DNA of 27,793 nt from a virus (lineage: Duplodnaviria; Caudoviricetes), in the IMG/VR virus record IMGVR_UViG_3300020044_004952, positions 1 to 27,793 of that record. The stretch is one strand, 5' to 3'. The notes below the pieces were generated by a model, which made no database searches, was not told the DNA's origin, and saw only the letters and a list, made by a program, of their open reading frames with translations. Made by a program: the position numbers and the translations under genes. Position 1 is the first letter of the stretch; every line of letters begins with the position of its first letter. This document shows positions 1-6,392 of the stretch, one piece after another.

Positions 1-78
1 GCTGTGGGGTGAAGCGCAGTGGTGTGAAGTGCTGTGATGTGGAGTGGCGTGGAATGACGCGAAGTGCCGTGGCGGAAA
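1..78 (-). repeat. Pentamer array (NN-CAC)n downstream of the RAMP-like gene, truncated by the window edge; putative guide-like ncRNA
   Basis: + strand 4-73 parses as 14 in-register pentamers (gtggg gtgaa gcgca gtggt gtgaa gtgct gtgat gtgga gtggc gtgga atgac gcgaa gtgcc gtggc), followed by ggaaa (74-78), which directly abuts the stop codon of ORF 79-663. Confidence 0.9.
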
Positions 79-663
79 TCAACTCCACACGACCTTGGCA
101 ACGGCAAACCTGCCGTAGAACCCGCCGTTCTGTGGACGGAAGCGCCCGAGGCCGATGAACTTACCAGCTTCCTCGAGCATTTCCAAAAATACGTCCTTGG
201 TGACGGTGTCATCCATGACGTGAAACTGAACCGTGGTGTTCCAAGTCGGTGCGTCAGGGAAGTGGCGCAAAACCACCTTGCCGCCAGCCTTGCCCTTCTC
301 GCCCGTGCTGGACATCATGCCAGACCATTTGACGATGTTCTCCCGGGTGTAGACTTGCCCGTTGTGATCCTCCAAGACAGCAGGTTCAAAGACCATCACG
401 CCGCCCAAGAAGTGCTTGGTGTAGGTGGCCTTGCCCTTGCCGGGGATCTGCTTGCCAGAGCGTTTGACGGCGGCGTCGAGGCACTGCTTGAGCGCCATGG
501 GAGGAACGAAGAGAGCGCCAGTCTTAGCGTCCCAGTGGCCCTTCTCGCGCCATGTGCGCTCCTCGTAGTCCTCATGGGACTCCTTCGGGTCTTTGGGTGT
601 GCCGTGGTAGCGGGATTGGCTGTAGGGTGCGACTGATTCGAGTGTAACGGTTGCGGTTTTCAT
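79..663 (-). CDS. Stand-alone RAMP-superfamily (Cas7/Csm3-like) protein, 194 aa
   Basis: N-terminal strand ATVTLESVAP, then LFVPPMALKQCL (cf. RAMP xIPGSSLKG), and a C-terminal glycine-rich loop IGLGRFRPQNGGFYGRF (cf. GLGxxxxxGYGRF). AC-rich leader. Family call is by motif recognition, not by search. Confidence 0.75.
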   Translation of the reverse strand: MKTATVTLESVAPYSQSRYHGTPKDPKESHEDYEERTWREKGHWDAKTGALFVPPMALKQCLDAAVKRSGKQIPGKGKATYTKHFLGGVMVFEPAVLEDHNGQVYTRENIVKWSGMMSSTGEKGKAGGKVVLRHFPDAPTWNTTVQFHVMDDTVTKDVFLEMLEEAGKFIGLGRFRPQNGGFYGRFAVAKVVWS

Positions 664-707
664 GTGTGTATCGTTCTGTTTGGTTTTGGTTTTGCCCTCG
701 TTGTGAG

Positions 708-899
708 GGAAAGTGGATGTTGTGTTGTGCTGTGCGGTGCCGTGGTGTGTGGTGTCGTGGCGTGCGGGAAATAGGATGTTGCGGCGTGGCGTGGAGTGAT
801 GTGAAGTGGAGTGCCGTGATGTGAAGTGTTGTGACGGAAATTGGATGTCGTGAAGTGGCGAGGTGTGCCGAGTCGTGGTGTGACGCGAAGCGATGGAAA
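708..899 (-). repeat. Three-block pentamer array with conserved linker; putative ncRNA array
   Basis: GGAAA at 708, 767, 836 and 895, each of the first three followed by NN-GG-ATGTY. Between them lie 10, 12 and 10 in-register pentamers of the form RNG-NN, mostly GTG-NN. Confidence 0.9.
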
Positions 900-900
900 T

Positions 901-1038
901 TTAGAGCGGGTCGAGATAGGTTCCGTAGATGCGCCCATTGTCTCGGACGGCCAACTTGTAGCGACGCGCCTTGTCACGGCGCCGGCGCATGGATGTGATG
1001 GCCCAATAGGGCAGGAGGGAGTAGATGAGGGATTTCAT
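901..1038 (-). CDS. Small hypothetical protein, 45 aa (MKSLIYSLLPYWAITSMRRRRDKARRYKLAVRDNGRIYGTYLDPL)
   Basis: Hand-translated; below the ORF-track cutoff. AC-rich leader, fills the gap in the minus-strand operon, and its stop lies 1 nt before the array. Confidence 0.55.
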   Translation of the reverse strand: MKSLIYSLLPYWAITSMRRRRDKARRYKLAVRDNGRIYGTYLDPL

Positions 1039-1056
1039 TGTTCGTTGTTGTTTTGG

Positions 1057-1257
1057 TTAAGCCTTGCAATCAAGGCAAAGTGTTGCAATCGGCCCGCCGT
1101 GTGTGATGCGGTAGCCTTGTTGGATTTCGGAGACTTCCAGGACTGCGGAGTCGCCGGCGTTTGGGACTCGGACCCAGGCGACGACTTGCGAGTCCAAACC
1201 GTCGGCCAAGTTGTCGGAAAGCTCGACGAGTTGGCGGATGAGATGGTCGATGGTCAT
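1057..1257 (-). CDS. Hypothetical protein (MTIDHLIRQL..., 66 aa)
   Basis: Internal ATG of ORF 1057-1323 avoids overlap with the upstream gene; MTIxxLIxxL is a common small phage protein start. Confidence 0.6.
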   Translation of the reverse strand: MTIDHLIRQLVELSDNLADGLDSQVVAWVRVPNAGDSAVLEVSEIQQGYRITHGGPIATLCLDCKA

Positions 1258-1295
1258 GGATAGTTCGAATTTGGTATTATGTGTATTGTGCCAAG

Positions 1296-1478
1296 TTATG
1301 CCCCAAACGTAGCCAGCCGCCATTTAGCCAAGTCAGCCTTGGCCCAGCTTGCGGTCTGCCGCATCATTTCGTTTCTGCCGTCAACGCGCAAAGTGCGAGC
1401 CATATACCGCCAGCAGAGGGCGCGCTGAAGCCAGTAGGCGAACTGGAGAAGGTAGCGTGTGTTTTGAGATGGGCTCAT
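1296..1478 (-). CDS. Hypothetical protein, 60 aa
   Basis: ATGA overlap with the stop of the upstream ORF 1475-1633. Confidence 0.55.
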   Translation of the reverse strand: MSPSQNTRYLLQFAYWLQRALCWRYMARTLRVDGRNEMMRQTASWAKADLAKWRLATFGA

Positions 1479-1633
1479 GGCTTTTTGCGGTTAAGTGATT
1501 TTTCAATGACGCGCTCGATGAAGTCTTGGAGACGGTAGCCGTTCTGGACGGCGTGGATTTTAACGCGGCGGTGCAGGTCAGCGCTGATCTTGAGCGATGC
1601 GGTGGGCGGTGGAGGTGGTGGAGTCGTGGTCAT
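1475..1633 (-). CDS. Ribbon-helix-helix-like DNA-binding protein, 52 aa
   Basis: Hand-translated MTTTPPPPPPTASLKISADLHRRVKIHAVQNGYRLQDFIERVIEKSLNRKKP. The strand-helix-G-helix pattern is typical of Arc/CopG/ParG proteins. Confidence 0.7.
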   Translation of the reverse strand: MTTTPPPPPPTASLKISADLHRRVKIHAVQNGYRLQDFIERVIEKSLNRKKP

Positions 1634-1676
1634 AGCGGTAAAATTTGCGCGTTACAGCCGCGCCCCTGTGTTGGCA

Positions 1677-1877
1677 TTAAATCAAACCGCGACGGCTGGC
1701 GTGATTAATAGCAAGGCGTGACACAAAGTTAATTTTAGCGCTGAGCAGTTCGATGATAAGCTCGTCGCTTGCTTTTTTTAGCGCTTCGGTCAGGCGCTTT
1801 CCGTTTTCAGGGCTGATGAAATTAATGCCGGTGAATTCTGCGCGGAGAGTTTGGATTGCGGTAGAGGTGTTGGTCAT
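1677..1877 (-). CDS. Hypothetical protein (MTNTSTAIQ..., 66 aa)
   Basis: ATG at 1877 has an AC-rich leader. The track's TTG start at 1931 coincides with a -35 box. Confidence 0.65.
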   Translation of the reverse strand: MTNTSTAIQTLRAEFTGINFISPENGKRLTEALKKASDELIIELLSAKINFVSRLAINHASRRGLI

Positions 1878-1902
1878 GATCGTTCGTGTGGTTAACGAGG
1901 TG

Positions 1903-1931
1903 AGTAAATCACACGTTTTTGATGCCGTCAA
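1903..1931 (-). promoter_or_regulatory. Sigma70-like leftward promoter
   Basis: Minus strand TTGACG-17 nt-TTTACT in an AT-rich divergent intergenic region. Confidence 0.55.
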
Positions 1932-2004
1932 AATAAAAGTATAAAAATCTTTTTTTACACTTTGCGCTAGACAGTGACAAAGCGCTGTGCGTTCTTGAAG
2001 CCCT

Positions 2005-3375
2005 ATGAACGATTACCAAAAACTGCTGGAGCGAAAACGCCACACTTACGACAACGCTGGATTTGAGCCCTTGTTCATTCCAGATCAACTCTTCGACTTC
2101 CAGCGCGCCCTTGTTGAGTGGGCGGTGAGAAAGGGTCGCTCCGCCATCTTTGCCGACTGCGGGCTAGGCAAGTCAGCAATGCAAATGACAGTAGCCGAGA
2201 ACATTGTCCGCAAAACAAACGGCAGGGTTTTGGTCCTGACTCCGTTGGCTGTTGCGCCTCAGATGGTCGAGGAAGCCGCAAAGTTTGGGATTGAGGCCGT
2301 CCGATCAAACGATGGCAAGTCACTCGGTAAAATCACCGTCACGAACTACGAGCGTCTACACCACTTTAACCCGTCTGATTTTGTCGGCGTGGTCTGCGAT
2401 GAAAGCTCAATCCTCAAGAACTGCGACGGCGTAACAAAGGCGCAGGTAACAGACTTTGCTCGCAAGATGTCTTACCGTCTGCTTTGCACGGCTACGCCAT
2501 CGCCTAACGATTTGATCGAGCTTGGCAACTCATCCGAGACGCTTGGATATATGGGCTTCAATGACATGCTTTCGACCTTCTTCAAGAAGGACCAAGACCG
2601 CAAGACGCACAGCCGCAAGGATGAGTTCCGCTCTGGCGTCTGGCGCTTTCGCGGCCACGCTGCCGACCACTTTTTCCATTGGGTTTGCTCATGGGCGCGA
2701 GCCGTTCGCAAGCCATCCGACCTCGGCTTTTCTGACGATGCCTTCACGCTGCCCGAGTTGGTCACCAGAGAAACCGTTGTGCGTAACGAAGTCCCGCTCG
2801 AAGGTATGCTCTTTACTATGCCGGCGGTAGGGCTTCAAGAGCAGCGGCAAGAGCGCCGACGCACGCTTGAATTGCGTTGCGAGGCGGCAGCGAATACGAT
2901 CAACGCGCACAAAAAAGCGGCGGTTGCGTGGTGCTATCTGAATGACGAAAGCAAGGCTCTCAAGGGGGCAATACCTGACGCGGTAGAAGTCAGCGGTAGC
3001 GATGCTATGGAGGCCAAGGAAGAGGCGTTCATGGGCTTTGCTAAGGGTCAAATCCGAGTGCTTGTCACTAAGCCCGAGATTGCGGGCTTTGGCCTGAACT
3101 GGCAACACTGCGCCCACCAGACTTTTTTCCCGTCTCACAGCTTCGAGCAGTTCCACCAAGCCATTCGCCGCAGTTGGCGCTTTGGTCAAAAGCATCCTGT
3201 CACCATCGACATCGTAACGAGTGAGGGAGAAAGCGGAGTGCTTACAAACCTCATGCGAAAGGCCGAAAACGCCGAGAAACTTTTTGCCAATCTGGTATCG
3301 CTAATGGGCGAAGCGAATACCTTCAAACAAGCCCAAACCAAAAACATCAAAACATCAATACCATCATGGCTGTGA
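2005..3375 (+). CDS. SF2 (SNF2-like) helicase
   Basis: Walker A ADCGLGKS, Walker B VVCDES, motif III TATP, AGFGLNWQ, motif VI QAIRRSWRFGQ. Confidence 0.9.
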   Translation: MNDYQKLLERKRHTYDNAGFEPLFIPDQLFDFQRALVEWAVRKGRSAIFADCGLGKSAMQMTVAENIVRKTNGRVLVLTPLAVAPQMVEEAAKFGIEAVRSNDGKSLGKITVTNYERLHHFNPSDFVGVVCDESSILKNCDGVTKAQVTDFARKMSYRLLCTATPSPNDLIELGNSSETLGYMGFNDMLSTFFKKDQDRKTHSRKDEFRSGVWRFRGHAADHFFHWVCSWARAVRKPSDLGFSDDAFTLPELVTRETVVRNEVPLEGMLFTMPAVGLQEQRQERRRTLELRCEAAANTINAHKKAAVAWCYLNDESKALKGAIPDAVEVSGSDAMEAKEEAFMGFAKGQIRVLVTKPEIAGFGLNWQHCAHQTFFPSHSFEQFHQAIRRSWRFGQKHPVTIDIVTSEGESGVLTNLMRKAENAEKLFANLVSLMGEANTFKQAQTKNIKTSIPSWL

Positions 3376-4328
3376 ACGATCAACTCATCACCGAAAGGTT
3401 TGCAATTTACAACGGAGACTCATTGGAGGTTATGGCAGACATGCCCGACAAGTCCATCGACATGTCGATTTACTCGCCTCCATTTTGCGCTCTCTATACC
3501 TACTCGAACGATCTTCGGGACGTTTCCAACTCGCGCAATTACGAGGAATTTTGGGAGCATTACAGACTGTTCATCAAAGAGATTGCCCGCATCACAAAGC
3601 CAGGACGATGCACGGCAGTTCACGCAATGGACATTCCAGATTCATGCAACCTTGGAAACTTCCTCCAAGATTTCCCAGGCGACATCATCCGTGAGCACGA
3701 AAAGTACGGCTTCCGATACGTTGCCCGCCATCACATCTGGAAAGAGCCCTTGGCGGTTCGTAACCGCACGATGGCGAAGGGATTAGCCCACAAGACGGTC
3801 TGCGATGATGCCTCTCTTTGTGATGTGGCTGGCGCGGATTACCTGCTTGTGTTTCGGCGCGAGGGCAAGAACGAGGTTCCTGTAAGCCATGAACGCGGGT
3901 TGCTGGAGTATTACGGGACCGATAAGCCGCCCCATGATCTGCTTCATTTCCGAGGCATGGAAGGCGACCAAAAGCTCAACAAGTATTCTCACCACGTTTG
4001 GAGACGCTACGCCTCTTCCTCTTGGCATGACATCGACATCGCAAACGTCCTTCCATACCAAGAGGCCCGAGACGCTGACGATGAAAAGCACGTCCACCCG
4101 CTGCAGCTTGACGTGATCGCGCGCGCCATTGAGCTTCGCAGCAATCCCGGCGAAATTGTGTTTACTCCATTCATGGGTGTCGGCAGCGAGGTCTATCAGG
4201 CTGTTGTGATGGGCAGGCGCGGCGTCGGCTGTGAGTTGAAGCCCAGCTATTACCGGCAGGCGGTGAAAAACATTCAGCACGCCGGAGAAAAGCGAGAGCA
4301 AGAAGAAATCCCGCTTTTTGCCAATTGA
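3366..4328 (+). CDS. Beta-class DNA amino-methyltransferase (N4-C/N6-A)
   Basis: Catalytic SPPF near the N-terminus, KHVHPLQ, and SAM-binding TPFMGVGS...GCELKPSY near the C-terminus. Confidence 0.9.
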   Translation: MAVNDQLITERFAIYNGDSLEVMADMPDKSIDMSIYSPPFCALYTYSNDLRDVSNSRNYEEFWEHYRLFIKEIARITKPGRCTAVHAMDIPDSCNLGNFLQDFPGDIIREHEKYGFRYVARHHIWKEPLAVRNRTMAKGLAHKTVCDDASLCDVAGADYLLVFRREGKNEVPVSHERGLLEYYGTDKPPHDLLHFRGMEGDQKLNKYSHHVWRRYASSSWHDIDIANVLPYQEARDADDEKHVHPLQLDVIARAIELRSNPGEIVFTPFMGVGSEVYQAVVMGRRGVGCELKPSYYRQAVKNIQHAGEKREQEEIPLFAN

Positions 4329-4335
4329 GATTAAA

Positions 4336-4403
4336 TGCCGCCAGTGTTTCGAAGGGAACAACAAAACCCTCCCGCCCCTCGCGGAATCCGGGCACTGGCG
4401 GCA
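4336..4403. terminator. Long inverted repeat at the convergence of two operons; possible bidirectional terminator or structured RNA
   Basis: Perfect 11-bp arms tgccgccagtg (4336-4346) and cactggcggca (4393-4403). Confidence 0.5.
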
Positions 4404-4406
4404 AAG

Positions 4407-4907
4407 TCACACACGGAATCGAATACGTGACCGAATAGTGGAAACGTGCCGGCGCTTGCGGAATACGCCGCCGCCTTCGCGTGAGCCGCTTGAGTCAGTA
4501 TTCCCTTCCACCGTCATCACAAAGCCATTGCGGTCTGGTGATGAAACCGCAAAACCAACGTGCGAAAAAGTAAAGACCACGATGTCACCGGCGGCAATGT
4601 CGCCTCTGTGTGGCTTGCGCGTCCAGGTGCTTTCATCCTGCTTGCGGCTCCAGTTTTCCATGTCCCACGCTCCTGCTGTGCGTGGTCGTTTGAAGGTAGC
4701 CGTTTCCTTCACTCCCGCATGGTCTAGGGCTTGCTTAACGACCCAGCAAACAAATGCCGCGCACCACGGCCAGCCCTTCTTCGGGTCGAGCCACGTTGCC
4801 GCTTTGTATTCGTCCACGCGAGGGCCGCAGTTGCTGCCGTTGACTTCGGTGACGCCGATTTCAGCGGATGCGATACGGACGATGTGAGGGGGTAGTAAAG
4901 CGCTCAT
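4407..4907 (-). CDS. CHAP-domain endolysin
   Basis: PWCAAFVCW (catalytic Cys), SHVGF (His), TVEGNT; lies after the holin-like genes. Confidence 0.85.
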   Translation of the reverse strand: MSALLPPHIVRIASAEIGVTEVNGSNCGPRVDEYKAATWLDPKKGWPWCAAFVCWVVKQALDHAGVKETATFKRPRTAGAWDMENWSRKQDESTWTRKPHRGDIAAGDIVVFTFSHVGFAVSSPDRNGFVMTVEGNTDSSGSREGGGVFRKRRHVSTIRSRIRFRV

Positions 4908-4909
4908 AG

Positions 4910-5158
4910 TCAGAAGTGGATGGTGATCTTAGCTTGCGGCCCCAACGCCCGAAGGATGCTTGCCACGTCCTTGTTTTCCGCGACCAACTCAAACGCTCCG
5001 ACATCAGGTCGAAAGGTGATCTCAGCGGTTGCGCTTCCGTGCTGCGTCAGCCTTGATTTAGCGTCTTCGTGAGCCGCGAAAACATGCGGGGCGATGCTGG
5101 ACACGTCTGGCTCTGAGAGTGCCAGCGCAAGTGGTGACATGGGAAAAGGTGTGCTCAT
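4910..5158 (-). CDS. Hypothetical protein (MSTPFPMS..., 82 aa)
   Basis: Internal ATG overlaps the upstream stop (ATGA). Confidence 0.6.
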   Translation of the reverse strand: MSTPFPMSPLALALSEPDVSSIAPHVFAAHEDAKSRLTQHGSATAEITFRPDVGAFELVAENKDVASILRALGPQAKITIHF

Positions 5159-5295
5159 GGTGGTGCTTTGATTACACTCCAACACATCCAACCAATAGCA
5201 AGCCACAACGCCGCACTGAAACCGAACACAAAAGCAACGGCAAGGCTAGCCTTTAGCCGCTTAACCTTGTGCTGCCAATGTGCTTTCTCGGTCAT
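5155..5295 (-). CDS. Small single-TM membrane protein, 46 aa
   Basis: Hand-translated MTEKAHWQHKVKRLKASLAVAFVFGFSAALWLAIGWMCWSVIKAPP; ATGA overlaps at both ends. Confidence 0.6.
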   Translation of the reverse strand: MTEKAHWQHKVKRLKASLAVAFVFGFSAALWLAIGWMCWSVIKAPP

Positions 5296-5528
5296 TTGGC
5301 TTTGCGTTGGAATGCCACGGCGGTTTCAATCAGCAGGTTAACCGCCCAGCCTTGCAGGTCAGGCCAGAGGCTTTTCAGCATCTTGGTCACCGCTTCCTTT
5401 CGGTTGGCACCGCTTTTCAGCATTACGTCTTTTGCAGCCATGCCGACCCAGTGAAGCGCGGTTGCCCACTGTTTCGCAGTGATGCCAGCCAGCCAAGCCA
5501 GAATCTGTTTAATGAGAAATTGCTTCAT
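5292..5528 (-). CDS. Lysis-cassette protein, possibly holin-like
   Basis: SGANRKEAV...AVNLLIETAV resembles the soluble part of LL-H-type holins; lysis-cassette position. Confidence 0.5.
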   Translation of the reverse strand: MKQFLIKQILAWLAGITAKQWATALHWVGMAAKDVMLKSGANRKEAVTKMLKSLWPDLQGWAVNLLIETAVAFQRKAK

Positions 5529-5716
5529 TCCACCACCTCCGCTTTTGGGATTTTGCTTTCTTTGCGCCAGACGTTGATGATGCCAATCAGCGCGAGCACA
5601 GCGGCGATGATGTGTTCGTGATACTCAGGCTGCACCGTGATGCCGAAAGCACCGAGCAGCGCGATGATGCCGCGAATGGTTGAAGGCTCCGTTAGTTTTT
5701 CAATCATCATTTTCAT
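5525..5716 (-). CDS. Putative two-TM holin
   Basis: EPSTIRG followed by two hydrophobic segments and a charged tail. An alternative upstream start exists at 5782. Confidence 0.7.
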   Translation of the reverse strand: MKMMIEKLTEPSTIRGIIALLGAFGITVQPEYHEHIIAAVLALIGIINVWRKESKIPKAEVVE

Positions 5717-5778
5717 GGGCTTGATTGGGTTTGGTTTCTTGCGATTTAGCCTTTCGAGATGCGGCGGTGTTGGGAAGC

Positions 5779-6018
5779 TCATGGCGTCGGATATCCAAGT
5801 GCATTAAATGGGCAGTCCTGCCTTTTTGGGCACCGTTCGAACATTGAAACCTTAGCCGAGTTCTGCCCGTTCTCGCGTTCCAGCCGCTCCATTTCCTGAC
5901 GTAGTTCTTCGACCGTCTCTTCGGCTTTGAGCAGTCGCGCATACATTAGCTTGACCGCCCAACAGAGAGCGGTTGTCACGGCTGATAAGGCGGCGAGAAG
6001 AGCGGATTCAAGCGTCAT
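5779..6018 (-). CDS. Membrane-anchored coiled-coil protein (lysis accessory)
   Basis: N-terminal TM segment, E/R-rich coiled coil and C-terminal CPxxxxCP. Confidence 0.6.
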   Translation of the reverse strand: MTLESALLAALSAVTTALCWAVKLMYARLLKAEETVEELRQEMERLERENGQNSAKVSMFERCPKRQDCPFNALGYPTP

Positions 6019-6392
6019 GGTTTTGCAAAGATTTGGGATTTTCGGGATTCAGTCAAAATGCCAACTGCCACCAAGCCACTCAGCCCTTGCTGCACCTTTG
6101 CATCATCACTCCACACCTCTCCGCGCCACATCCGCAGTTCCTCATGCAGCAGCCGAATGCCGGGAAGGGTAGAGCCTGCGATGGCCAGCTTCTCGGCGTC
6201 GGAAAACTCCGACCAGAAGTCGGCCACGGTGTGCCAGATTTTGCGGGCTTCCAGTTGCGCCCATGCCGCTTCCAGTTCCTCCATCGTCGGAGGCTCGCCG
6301 GGGCCGAACCATTGCAAGGTGGCGTAATCGTCGCCTGATAAGCTCCATTGAGCGTTGGGGCGGGCGTAAAAAAGAGCAGATGTTAGGTTCAT
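6015..6392 (-). CDS. Putative tail fibre assembly/associated protein
   Basis: RPNAQWSLSGDDYATLQW...PPTMEEL pattern, directly after the tail fibre gene with an ATGA overlap. Confidence 0.6.
   Translation of the reverse strand: MNLTSALFYARPNAQWSLSGDDYATLQWFGPGEPPTMEELEAAWAQLEARKIWHTVADFWSEFSDAEKLAIAGSTLPGIRLLHEELRMWRGEVWSDDAKVQQGLSGLVAVGILTESRKSQIFAKP

Noticed and set aside
708-899. Classical CRISPR array or simple microsatellite
   Set aside because: The linker is only about 14 nt and the 'spacers' are internally periodic, so it is not a CRISPR. The units are not identical copies, so it is not a slippage microsatellite.
660-977. 105 aa H/T/P/R-rich ORF over the array
   Set aside because: It is a by-product of the stop-poor CAC-NN repeat. 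Period 5 is not codon-compatible, and it overlaps a better small ORF (901-1038).
64-1263. Plus-strand ORFs 64-636 and 841-1263
   Set aside because: Antisense shadows of the minus-strand genes and arrays, with no recognisable motifs.
3360-3375. Frameshift fusion of helicase and methyltransferase
   Set aside because: No slippery heptamer, and the MTase has its own ATG in a short overlap.
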